A stretch of DNA of 64,000 nucleotides. It comes from an uncultured Candidatus Entotheonella sp. (lineage in GTDB: Bacteria; Tectomicrobia; Entotheonellia; Entotheonellales; Entotheonellaceae). This document shows, one piece after another, positions 51,096 to 63,099 of this stretch. The translations under genes and the position numbers were made by a program. Position 1 is the stretch's first letter, and every line of letters starts with the position of its first letter. Location of the stretch: assembly GCA_965217185.1 (NCBI GenBank), contig OZ244252.1:288001-352000 (forward strand). Direction: 5' to 3'. A model generated the notes under the pieces. That model was not told the DNA's origin and did no database searches. It worked only from the letters and a program-made list of their open reading frames with translations.

Positions 51096-51761
51096 TTGAG
51101 TGGTGACTCCTGACATGAAGGAACAATCGTGGCCGATTCCATTCTCTACTTCTTCGTAGACACCAATCTCTTTCTCCAGTGCCGTCCACTGGAACAGCTC
51201 GACTGGTCGCCGTGGGACTCTTTTGAAGAAGTGCGGCTGATCGTCTCGAAGCCAGTACTTGTAGCGACCTGAGACTATCGGCCGTCGGACCTGAGATCAT
51301 CGCCGTTTTGGGCCCAGATTATTTGAGACTGTAATTTGGCTTCGGCCCACATTAGCTGAGACGGACCCACCTTGTTGAGACTGGAGCCGGGACGGTGAGG
51401 CCGGTTGCTTCTCACCGCCTCCATGAGGGTCTCCCTCCGAGCTGTCCCAGGGCCTTGTTCCACAAAGAAAACGAGCGTTTTTCGGATGCCTTCTGCGGAG
51501 GCTACAGAACCCGCCGATTCCCACAAGAAAACCCGTTTCATAAAACTATGAAAGATTCCGAAAGCGGCCCTGTCTATTTTTGATGGGGACCGGCCCTAGA
51601 AGTCATCAGGACGGCCCGCAGCCACGAAAGACGGCGCGTAATGGACCGTTCAACGCCTGGTCTGGCAAGGGTCCAATTTCATTCTCACGCGCGTGGGTCT
51701 GTCGCAGATAATCTGGGCCCATTCGCATTTAATTCGGGCCAGACCGAAAATATAGTCTTGT

Positions 51762-52968
51762 CTGTAGAGTGTCGTCACTCTGGGGCGCCAGAGCCTCGGA
51801 GGGGTGGCGGTGGTCGGACCGTTATAGTCTGGTCGACTGGGGCCGTGCTTGAGTGGGGTCGCCACCGCCCTTCCTAACGTCCTGAATGGTTGCATGAGCA
51901 TCAAGGCTCGCATGACAAGAACAGGAGAGGAAGGATGACGAATCATGTCCTCGGCGTTGACATCTCGAAAGCCAGCCTGGACGTCCATCTCGTCCCGACA
52001 GGCGAAACCCAGCAATTCGCTAACAACACCGTCGGCTTCCGCCGCCTTATCGCTTGGCTCCGGGGTCGCCCCGTAGGCCGCGTGGTCTACGAGCCCACGG
52101 GAGCTTGGCATCGAGATTTCGAGCGCGTGCTTGGCAACGCCGGCTTGCCCCTGTCACGAGTCAATCCGTTGCGGGCACGGCGTTTTGCGCAAGCACTGGG
52201 GCAAAAGGCCAAGACAGATGCTGTTGACGCTCGCATGCTGGCGGCAATGGGCCAAGTGCTTGACCTGCCCCGCTCCAGACCACCCTCGCAGTGGCAAAGT
52301 GAACTCCGGGAGCTGCACACAGCTCGACTGGCGCTGGCCAAGGATCGCACGGCCACGCAGAACCGTCAGAAACAGGCATGCCTTCCGCTGGTCAAACGCC
52401 AATGCGCAAGCCGTCTGCGGCACATCGAACGCCAACTCAAAGCCCTGGAGGCCGAAATGCTGAAGCATATCAAATCGGATTCGGCACAGGCTCGGGCTTT
52501 GGAGATACTGACATCCATCCCAGGAATCGGGGCAATCACTGCCGTCGCGGTGCTGGCAGAGATGCCGGAGATTGGCTCACTCGACTCCAAGGCCGCTGCC
52601 AGCTTGGCCGACTTGGCGCCAGTCACCCGGCAGTCCGGGAACTGGCAAGGACACAGCTTCGTCCAAGGGGGACGCCGAAGGCTGCGCCAGGCGCTTTACA
52701 TGCCGGCTGTCTCAGCGATCTCATGTAACCCCGACCTCGCCTGGAAGTACCGCCAGCTGTGCAGCGCCGGCAAGCCACCGAAGGTGGCGATCACCGCTGT
52801 CATGCGCAAGCTCTTGTTGCTTGCCAACGCGCTGATAGCAAAGGACAAAACGTGGGCTGCTGCTGTACCGACACGCGCGTGAGAGGCGCCATTGCGAAGG
52901 CGAATACGAACCGTTTGAAGACGGCCTCACCGGGGCAACGAAATGCCGCGTTGACAACATGGTTACTC
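51762..52968 (+). mobile_element. IS110-family element, recombinase 51935-52882, long 5' non-coding region
   Basis: GVDISK, YEPTG, KTDAVDA (DEDD), SIPGIG, RQSG, AVMRKLL; ends approximate. Confidence 0.85.
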
Positions 52969-52974
52969 AAGTCG

Positions 52975-53211
52975 CTACAGGTAGTTGTCGAGATAGTCCC
53001 GCTCCAGGTCCAGACGCCGATCACCCCGGTAATAGCCAGCTGCGAAGAGCAGGGGTGCGTCTCTTGCAGGGTTTGCCGCAATCAACAGGGCGTTGCCGAC
53101 CGTCCCGCAGGCATCGTCGACCAGAGCCGAGGTTGCCGGCCATTGGGCATCGTCGAGCATGGCGCCATGCAGCGACATGAGGACGCGGTGGAAGGTGTCG
53201 TGTTGGCTCAT
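52975..53211 (-). pseudogene. N-terminal fragment of probable LuxR-type regulator
   Basis: F..VL.SLH.A.LDD..WPATSALVD.ACG pattern; stops at IS110 border, no HTH. Confidence 0.45.
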
Positions 53212-53388
53212 GAGATCTTGTCATCCTGCGGCATCTTCTGCTTCATACCGCCTGTCATGGCTCGGTTCGGCGAAGAATAGCATGATACTTCTTTGGCGGG
53301 AGGATGCCAGCATTCCACCACGTACACCTCTGCCAAGGCCAAAGACGCCTTGGTGACCAGTGCGGTCAGCGAGGGTGCCGGAAATGGC

Positions 53389-54384
53389 CTACTCGCCAGA
53401 TCGCCGGTTGGCGCCGAACGAGCCGACGATTTCACTGCGTTCGAAGATGCCCACGACGCCTGCGTGATTCTCTCCAACGAATTGGCCCTGGATGTAGTCC
53501 GTGCTCCCGAGCGGCTTTTCCCCGAATGCACCGCTGTCGAGGGGAATGTTCTGCCAGGACGGAATCCTCGTGTCGTCCAGCCTGGCGCCGGTCTCCAGAT
53601 CGTGGAGATTGCTGAACGCCACGTCGACGTCCGGATTGGCGAAATCGTCGATGGTGAGCGTCGCATTGCCTCGCACGAACTGACCGTGGGTCACTGTGTC
53701 GCTGACATCCGCGCCGATCATCATGCCTTCCCAGGTTCCGGACATGTTCCCCACCGCCGACGGCGCCTTGGCGTGCGCCACCCCGACGGCGCTGGCGTCA
53801 AAGACCGTACCAAGCGCGATGGGCTGGCCCCGCACGTCCCTGACCGTCATGATGGCCCGGTTGACGAAGAAGGCTCCGTCGTCGAGCCAGCCGCCGTAGA
53901 ATTTCACGTTGAACGCCCGGTCCGCTCCGGTCTGCAGGCCGAAGCCCTCTACAATCGGGACGCCGCGGGCAGTTTTGGCCTGTGGTTTGAATTCCAGAGA
54001 ATCTTTCAAGTGGTGTGCGAAGTGGCCGCTTCCGAAGTCGGCTCGATGATCGTTTCGAGCACGCTCCAGGGCGCCTTCCAGGCCTGCCGAAGTCGGACTT
54101 ACGCCACAGATCGTGCCCTCGCATTTCGTGAAGGTGCGGGACGATGCACCATCGAATCGGAACACATGCTGGTCGCTCGCTATTACGACGGTGGCCGATT
54201 CCACTCGTGCGACGGTACCGAGTCTGACCTCTTCCGCCGTCAGAGCGGCGTCCGTCACCCGGACGGATTCAGAACCCGCCCCGCCACCGCAGCCGGCCAG
54301 CAGGGACGACGCCAAGCCGACCGTCACCATAATCGGCAACCAAGAAATGAACCTGTAAACCCTTATCCCTACCATGTCTGTCAT
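53389..54384 (-). CDS. Surface lipoprotein with TbpB-like C-terminal beta-barrel
   Basis: Lipobox LAGC, GTWEG.M.G, IQGQFVGENHAGVVGIFE..GSFGANR. Confidence 0.7.
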   Translation of the reverse strand: MTDMVGIRVYRFISWLPIMVTVGLASSLLAGCGGGAGSESVRVTDAALTAEEVRLGTVARVESATVVIASDQHVFRFDGASSRTFTKCEGTICGVSPTSAGLEGALERARNDHRADFGSGHFAHHLKDSLEFKPQAKTARGVPIVEGFGLQTGADRAFNVKFYGGWLDDGAFFVNRAIMTVRDVRGQPIALGTVFDASAVGVAHAKAPSAVGNMSGTWEGMMIGADVSDTVTHGQFVRGNATLTIDDFANPDVDVAFSNLHDLETGARLDDTRIPSWQNIPLDSGAFGEKPLGSTDYIQGQFVGENHAGVVGIFERSEIVGSFGANRRSGE

Positions 54385-54970
54385 CCCCCTGTGGCAATTT
54401 GAGCTTTTTCACCCCTGCCCTCGGAAATGGTCCTGAGTTCAGAACCGCCGGTACGGGCATGTTGGTGCGTCGTAATCCAGGTATTTCCTGCGAACTTCCG
54501 CTGCCGGGTGCGGCTTGGACGCGCGAGAAGCTCGACCGTCTTGCCGCCGAATCCGGCAATCCTTCTGATGGGCACACGAATGGGCACATTTCATGCCAAG
54601 CCCCTGAGATACCCGGAAATACTTTGAACAGATGACGTTTATGGCATTGACGCATCAGGAAGACGGATGCCGGCACGATGCAGATTGCAACGGCCAGTGG
54701 GGTGCACAGGAGGGAGAGATTGTGAGTTAACGCTTTGATTTGAAAGTGTCTGATTGCGGGATCAATAGGTAAGAGCGGGTGGAATTTCCGATGTGCGACA
54801 TAGTTGCATTTTGCAACAACCCATTGCAGGCGTGGAAGAGATCGCGGCTAAGATTGTCGATGTTATCCGGAACCCGACGGAAGGCCTAGAAGGGGAAGCG
54901 ACGAAGCAAGAGGACCGATGCGGGCCGGCGTGTCGGAGACGGCGTCTATTGCCGGATGGCTACCCGCTGA

Positions 54971-55555
54971 TCATTTTCCCGTTTCGGCGCCAACGGCCAA
55001 CGCAAGATAGCGGTAGAACGTCGGTCTGGATATCCCCAGCGTCGCGCAGATCTGGTCAATGCTAAGACTTCGGTCCCTGTGGAGGCGCTTGGCCGTCACA
55101 ACCCGCGGATCGTTGGGGCTGATCGGCCGGCGGCCGCCGAGACGTCCCCGTGCCCGGGCTGCGGCCAAGCCGGCTTGGGTCCGCTCTTGAATCAGTCGCC
55201 GCTCGAACTGCGCCAAGCTCGAGAAGATGTTGAACATCAGCTCGCCCGAGGCTGTGGTGGTGTCGATGGCGCCGTCCAGGAGGGACCGGAAGCCGATGCC
55301 CTTGCCCAACAGTTCCTCCACCAGAGAGACCAAGTGGGGCATCGAACGTCCCAGCCGGTCCAGCCGCCAGACCACCAGCGTATCGCCCGGCTCTGGCGCG
55401 GCCAAGCACGCATCGAGGCCTGGACGGCTTCCACGAGCTCCGGACGCCTTGTCCGTGAAAATCTCCGCGCATCCTGCCTTGTTCAATGCGTCCAGTTGCA
55501 GCTGCAGGTCCTGCTCGATGGTACTCACCCGGGCGTAGCCGATCAGCCTTGCCAT
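54971..55555 (-). CDS. Serine resolvase/invertase
   Basis: IGYARVST, VVWRLDRLGRS, FERRLIQERT.AGL, C-terminal HTH. Confidence 0.95.
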   Translation of the reverse strand: MARLIGYARVSTIEQDLQLQLDALNKAGCAEIFTDKASGARGSRPGLDACLAAPEPGDTLVVWRLDRLGRSMPHLVSLVEELLGKGIGFRSLLDGAIDTTTASGELMFNIFSSLAQFERRLIQERTQAGLAAARARGRLGGRRPISPNDPRVVTAKRLHRDRSLSIDQICATLGISRPTFYRYLALAVGAETGK

Positions 55556-55574
55556 GCAGGCCTCCCCTTATTGT

Positions 55575-55712
55575 TTCATCTATGTCCGACAAGAACGAGT
55601 TGGTGATATTGTAATTTATGAGACGGCCGTTTGACACAGAAAACGGCCTGTTTGAGGGGGTATTTTGAGGTGCTCGGAGGTGTCTTGCTTAAGGGTCGTT
55701 AAATGATACGGC
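55575..55712. promoter_or_regulatory. Probable res site
   Basis: AT-richer segment upstream of resolvase with TGTC..GACA-type half-sites (ATGAGACGGCCGTTTGACACA; GTGTCTTG..ATGATAC). Confidence 0.5.
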
Positions 55713-55867
55713 GTTTATCTGGCACTATGACAGGCATGTTGTCATCGGGCATACAGCCCCCGACATCAACCTCAGCCCGGCGCCGGGGTAACCCTTGTTG
55801 GGGGCGTGGCTGCGAGGTGGTGTTCTGGGCATTGGATGAGGGCTTTCAGGAAAAGGGATTGGCGGTG

Positions 55868-56878
55868 ATGTCGAGGGGTATGGCCGGAAAGGTTCTGGTG
55901 GTGCTTGTGAGCGCGGGATTGTGCGCGGCGGTGACGGGTTGTTCGCTGAGCTGGCTAGGCGAGTGGTTTGGCGGAAAGAACGGCCGGGTAGAGGGCGAGC
56001 CGGCGAAAGGCCGTGAAGCGGGGAGCGGTCCGCCCGCAGATGCGGTAACTGCTGTAAGTCCCCGCGCGGGGCGGGGGCTGAAGGGCGAGACGCCGGGGGA
56101 AGCTGGAGGGCCGGAAGCGGGGGCTGAGGATTACCGGGTGATACTTTCGTTTTCCGACCTGGGCGTCATCGAAATTGTGCTTGAGGGAGAAGGCGCTGCT
56201 CGAGGAGCCTGGCGGTCCGCTGATGCGGAGGCGCGGAAGAGATGCCGCGCCTGGGGCTACGAAGAGGCGGCGGGAAATGTGCCCTTGGAGAGGGTGCGGC
56301 TCTATCGGTGCCAGGGAAAGGTTGCTTCGGAAGGGGAAGGAGACGAGGGGCAGGCGACGCCGGTGTTGTGGAGGACGGGGGATTTCCGGCGGGTCTTGTG
56401 GAACTTTCGCAGCCGTGCGGAGCAGGGTGACGAAAAAGCGCTGGAAATGGTTCAGGGACTGGCGGCCCAGCGAGGCGACCTTGAACGCCGTGCTGAAAGA
56501 GGGGGTGCAAAGGCGTGGACCGGCTGGATGTTTTCGGTGCTGATGGCCTCTGGCGGGGAGGTGCGGTCGGAAACCTGGCGGTGTTTCCCCCGTGGGGAAG
56601 GCAGGAACAGCGAGTCGGAGGTGATGCTGGGCCGGTTGAGTGAAGCCGGTGGAGCCTTTGGAATTGGAGAGGTGTTTGTTTTCGGGTTGTCGCATCCTGC
56701 GGTAGTCAGGGCTTTGGAGCCGGCGCTTCGCTGGGATTTCGGCAGGGGTCCCTGGCGGGAGCTTCCGCATGCGTTTGTGATCGAGCCAGACGGTGGCGGG
56801 TACCACTTCGATGTTTCCAGCTCCGAGAATGCTCAGGCGGAGTCGAGACGGGTCTTTGATTGCGAGGTCTTGCGTTGA
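55868..56878 (+). CDS. Hypothetical lipoprotein
   Basis: Signal-like VLVVLVSAGLCAAVTGC; G-rich atypical composition; start uncertain. Confidence 0.5.
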   Translation: MSRGMAGKVLVVLVSAGLCAAVTGCSLSWLGEWFGGKNGRVEGEPAKGREAGSGPPADAVTAVSPRAGRGLKGETPGEAGGPEAGAEDYRVILSFSDLGVIEIVLEGEGAARGAWRSADAEARKRCRAWGYEEAAGNVPLERVRLYRCQGKVASEGEGDEGQATPVLWRTGDFRRVLWNFRSRAEQGDEKALEMVQGLAAQRGDLERRAERGGAKAWTGWMFSVLMASGGEVRSETWRCFPRGEGRNSESEVMLGRLSEAGGAFGIGEVFVFGLSHPAVVRALEPALRWDFGRGPWRELPHAFVIEPDGGGYHFDVSSSENAQAESRRVFDCEVLR

Positions 56879-57287
56879 GAGTCAGATGCGCTGCGTGCGG
56901 ACGGCGTCTGACCACGCCTCGAACAGCCGCAAGGCCAGGGCCAAGCGGCGGCGCAGGCTGGGCCGGGGGCCGAGCTTGAGGACGTGCTCGTTGAAGGCGT
57001 CTTTGAGGCGCGAGTTCTGGCCGGTGAGGTTGCGGATCATCTGTTCCTGAAGCTTCCTTCCCTTTTCGCGGGCAGGCCTCGTCACGGTGTGGTAACGGGT
57101 CTTGCGGTCGGCCTTTTGCTGCTTGCGGAAGGTTTCGTTTCCGTACGCGGGAGATTATCAGAACTGACAACCGGCTCTTCCGGGGAATGTCCCGGAGGGA
57201 CATCATGTCCGAAGGCGACATAACGGCCCTTATCGGAACCGGGGGCCAAGAGGCCCCGACCACCGCGGCTATCAGCAGGATCGTTGG

Positions 57288-59458
57288 TCAAGCGAGCCGA
57301 AATCGGTTGCGCAAGGTCAACAAGAGCAGGAAAAGGAATATCGGCCCAAGTACCGCCTCGGCAGTCCCAACTGCGGCCGTCAACGGGGCCCACTTATCGT
57401 TCTCTTCCAAAAGTTTCTGGCACGGCTCGAGATATCCCCCCTCAGCCGTGAGACGCAGAAAGGCATGGGCGTTGGCAAATCCCGTCCCGAGCGCGGCCAG
57501 GAACAATATCGACCCCTCCGCGACGGTTCCCGAGGAGCCGGTGTTGGCGTACAGGACAAAACCTGAAATGGTCCAGTGGGCAAACCAACATGCAAAGCTA
57601 CGCCCCACGCCCCAGCCATAATCCGCAGTCTTGTCAAACAACCAACTTACAGTCTTCAGGAAAGGGCCTTCCGTCCGACGTCTTGCGCGCATCTTGAACC
57701 GGAAAAATCGGTGCCGGTCGAGCCACTTGCAAAACTCCGCTAGTTTGGCCTCGGAGCGGTTGTCATGAGACCGTACGGTGAATCATTTGCCGTCGGTGGT
57801 TCCAATTGCCACGAATTCAGCCATGGCGGTGCCGAGTTCCGGCTCCCGTCTTGCGATGCGGACGCAACTCTCCCCCCTGCGTACAGGACAGCAGCGTGTG
57901 CCGGGATGGAGGAAACGGGGCCGCGAGACCAGCTTCAGGTCACCAAGCGCATCAACTGATCAACCGTGAGCGCCACAATCCCGAACATCAGATGACACAG
58001 CACCTTGGCATGGCCGCGCACGCGCACGCTGCGACCTCCGAATTCATCCTTGAGGCGACCATTGACGCGCTCGACGGTCGAGCGTTCGTGGTAACGTCTC
58101 TCCTCAGACAGGACCAACCCACAGGCACGCCGTGCCTGCCTCTCCTGCCGCAGCGCCTGCTTGCGCGCGCCGCTGCGGGGGTTGACGTCGATGATCGCAA
58201 CATGACCCAGGGCGCGGCTGTGGGCGCGGATTTCCGGGGCATCGTAGGCGCTGTCCATCAGGTCATACAGGTTGCGGACTCGCTCCGCCGTCAGGGTCGC
58301 CAGCGGGATGGCGACTTGGCTGTCGTGCAGCGACGCCGAGGTAAGCAGGCAACTGACCGGGATGGCGCCGTCGGCCGCGTCAATATGCAACTTGTAGCCG
58401 CTCCATGACGTCTGATAGCCCTTGGCGTCGCGCTTGACGCCAATGTCACAGGCGTACGGCAAGTCGGCGAGCATCTCCGGCAGGGTCATGTTGCGCTGGC
58501 GCTCCAGACGGCGCGGCTCCGTGGGGCGCTCCTCGCCCTTGCGCGGACGCCCGCGCCGCCGCTTCGGCTTGGCCGGCTGCGGCGCCTTCGGGGTCGGTCT
58601 CTCGCGCCCTTCAATCGCCGTCGAATCGCGTGAAATATGGCCTGCCAGACGCTCACCCTGGGTGCGTTTGATCAGCGCCTCGTGCAGGTGGCTCGGCAAG
58701 GCGCTGTCGGCAAATTCGGCAAAGGCACGTGAAAACGTCGCCTCGCTCGGAATGTGCTTGACGCTACGCCAGCCGCACAACCGGCGCAGGGTGCTGTCGT
58801 GGCGCAGACGATCAAGCAACATCCGGGTGCTAACCAGCGCGAAGACGGCCTTGGCGATGAAGGCGCGGGCTAAGGCCGCGCGGTCACTTGGCGGACAGCC
58901 GCGACGCCGGTGCTGGTACGGTAGCAGCGTTTCCACCCGCACCCATTCGAGCACCATGACGAAGCGCTGATGGCGTTCCCCCAGCGCCCCGATCGTTTCC
59001 TCAAGCTGCGGGAACAGCAGCGCTTGAAAGCAAGACCAGTAACTCGATAGTATCTCACGTAAGGCCATTGGGGTCGTTCCTCCTGATTCGGTTGTTTGAC
59101 AACTCAACAGAATCAGAAAGCGGCCCCAATGTCCACCAATCAGCCCCAGAGCCTGCCCCGCGCTTGACACGGAGAAAGAAAATCCCACTCGTACACGCAA
59201 TTCTGCAAGTGGCTCAGTCGAGTGGCTTTTCGAGCCTGCTCATTATGAGCTCCAACCGCTCCCAAGCGCGGATGGAGTAATCGAGCCACATGTCGTGTGT
59301 TTCGGACTTTGCCCATTCCACACGGCCAAAGTCTGTGTCCTCATGAAGCTTGGCATCGAAGAACGCCGGAACGTCCCCGAAAATCGCTCCGTGAAAACTT
59401 GTCTTCGCTCTGAACTCGGCGTTCGTGAAATCGACCCTGCGCTCCGGAAACACTCCTC
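57288..59458 (-). pseudogene. Pentapeptide-repeat membrane protein split by an IS and truncated by IS630
   Basis: VDFTNAEF..TSFHGAIF..RLEKPL|DRHRFFRFKMRARR..ADYGWGVGR..LLTLRNRFRL rejoins in frame when 57720-59219 is removed. Confidence 0.75.
57720..59215 (-). mobile_element. IS1182/IS5-like element, transposase 57935-59068
   Basis: IRs GAGCCACTTGCA(A/G)AA, flanks GGTC/AGTC; PSEATFSR, SRDSTAI, GYKLH, LMDSAYD, RSTVERVNGRLK. Confidence 0.85.
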
Positions 59459-59460
59459 TA

Positions 59461-60682
59461 GCAGGTCGTCAATCTTTGATCACGGGATAGAGATGATGCA
59501 ACTTGACCCGTGCATCAGCGGCGCTAAAGCGCCAGTGCACTACCTTGCTCGTCCGGTTGCGTTGTTCGCTCCAGGCGCTGACTTGCGCGCGCAGCGCCTC
59601 AAGGTCGGCTATCCGTCGGTCCAGGCATTGCCGGGCCAGCACGCTGAACTCCAACTCGGCCATGTTCAACCAACTGCCGTGCTTCGGCGTGTACACCAAC
59701 TCCAGCTTGTCCAGCAACGCACGCGCCTTGGCGGGCGGGAAGCTCTTGTACAGCGACGCACCGCTATGCGTGCTCAAGTTGTCCAAGACCAGCGTGATCC
59801 GCTGCGCCTGTGGAAAATCGTCTTCCACCAAGCGGCGCACGCCTTCGGCCCACGTCGAGGCGGTATGATCAATGGCCACGTCGGTCCGGCGCCAATCGTC
59901 AAAGGGTGCGTAGTACATCAGCAGATGACCCACCCCGTTGCGCTCGTACTCGGCATCGTAGCGGGCTGGGTGGCCAGGGAGCATCGGCAGCGGCGTCCGC
60001 ACCTCGCGCACACACTGCTTGGTCGTCTCATCCATGCAGATCACCGGGTGGGCCGCATCATACGGGCGGGTATACACCCCTAGGACCTGCTCCATGGCGC
60101 ACACGAAGGCAGCGTCGGGCTGGGGCGGAATGCACCACATCTGTTGGCGCCATGGCTTGATCTCGTTTTTTTTAGCACCTTGCGCACCGTCTCGTGGGAT
60201 ATCGTGTGCACGACTTTGCGGTGCTTCAACTCATCGACCAGCAGATGCAAGGTCCACCGTGCACGTCCGTCCGGCGGTTCGCTACAGGCGATGGCGACCA
60301 GTTGCGCCTCCGCCTTCGCCATCGAGCACCGGGGCGCGATCACGGCTGCGCTGGCGGCGTCCCAACGCCGCTTCCAGCCCTTCCTCGACACAGCGTTTGC
60401 GCACCTTTTCGACCGTCTGGCGGGCGACGTCAAACTTGTCGACGATCTGCCGATCCATGCAGCGCAGGACCGTGTTGTCCCTGATCGGCTTGCAACAGGA
60501 TCTCTGCATGGCGCCGACGGTAGGCAGGCGCCCGTCCGGTCTTGACCAGTTTCATCAATTCGGACCGTTCTTCTTCACTCAAACGGATCACATAGAGCTT
60601 CTTCACAATCATCCCTCCCAGCTACGGTCGCAGCTTGCTGAGAGGCAACTTATCATGCCTGTGTATTACGTTGAACAGCTAC
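59461..60682 (-). mobile_element. IS630-family element; slippery A-run at 60166-60173 plus two extra frameshifts in orfA
   Basis: CTAG ends/TA duplication; KKNEIKPWRQQMWCIPP after -1 shift, CMDE, VLDNLSTH, SWLNMAE.E. Confidence 0.9.
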
Positions 60683-60711
60683 TAGGTGTAAGGGGGAAGA
60701 TTGTGGGAGCC

Positions 60712-60948
60712 GTGTCAGGGTTTGAGCGCATTACCTTTGATCCACACGTGATGGGCGGACGAGCATGCCTGCGAGGCATGCGGGTCACGGTATCGCTACT
60801 GATGAATCTGGTGGCTAATGGCATGACCATGTCCGAGATTATCGCAGCCTATCCGTATCTCGAACCGGAGGATGTCCGCCAAGCCCTGCAATACGCGGCA
60901 TGGCTTGCGGAGGAAACGGTCCATCCGTTGGAACCAGCCCGCCTGTGA
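60712..60948 (+). CDS. DUF433 antitoxin
   Basis: RITFDPHVMGGRACLRGMRVTV..YPYLEPEDVRQALQYAA. Confidence 0.9.
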   Translation: MSGFERITFDPHVMGGRACLRGMRVTVSLLMNLVANGMTMSEIIAAYPYLEPEDVRQALQYAAWLAEETVHPLEPARL

Positions 60949-61306
60949 AATTCCTGGCAGACATGGGCGTCTCTCTCCAGACAGTTGCTTTCTTACAAAC
61001 CCTGGGACACGATGCCGTCCATCTCGCCGACCAAGGTCTTGAGCGCTTGCCGGATCACGAAATCCTGGAAAAGGCCCGCCAAGAGGGGCGCGTTTTGCTG
61101 GCCCATGACCTTGGTTTTGGGGAACTGGTCGCCGCCAAGGGGACCGCTTTGCCCAGCGTGATTACGTTCCGTCTCCGCAATATGCATCCTGATCAAGTCG
61201 ATGCCGCGCTACAGCTCATTATTCCTCAGCATTGGGAAGCCCTTGAGCATGGGCTATTCTCAGTGTGACCGAGGGGCGGGTGCGTTCTTTGCCGATTGGA
61301 ACCTGA
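60945..61306 (+). CDS. DUF5615 PIN-like toxin, probable frameshift near 61252
   Basis: KFLADMGVS, GHDAVH, LLAHDLGFG; alternative frame gives AILSVTEGRVRSLPI. Confidence 0.75.
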
Positions 61307-61517
61307 AGAGATGCGAATTACCGGATTTCACTTGTCTCAAGCCAGAAGCCCATGGAATCGCATTACTTGAATAAAGCAGCACCTGAATAGTGAATAGCAA
61401 AGCACTACAAGCGGTTACGAGAGGCGGAAACACCGGACAACCTGCAAGGGCGCATGACATGACGGGGAAGCACCGCAGCCTGGACTGCGCCCGGGCTGCG
61501 GTGCCGGTTACGGGGGA

Positions 61518-63047
<1,530 letters not shown>

Positions 63048-63099
63048 CTAACGAAAAACGCGGCGTTTTGACAACCTGCGGGCACTCTGGGGGACTGCT

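Noticed and set aside
56882..57190. Short minus-strand ORFs downstream of the pentapeptide gene
   Set aside because: No recognisable family; coding status unsupported
60166..60173. A8 slippery site as a novel recoding event
   Set aside because: Standard programmed frameshift of IS630 elements
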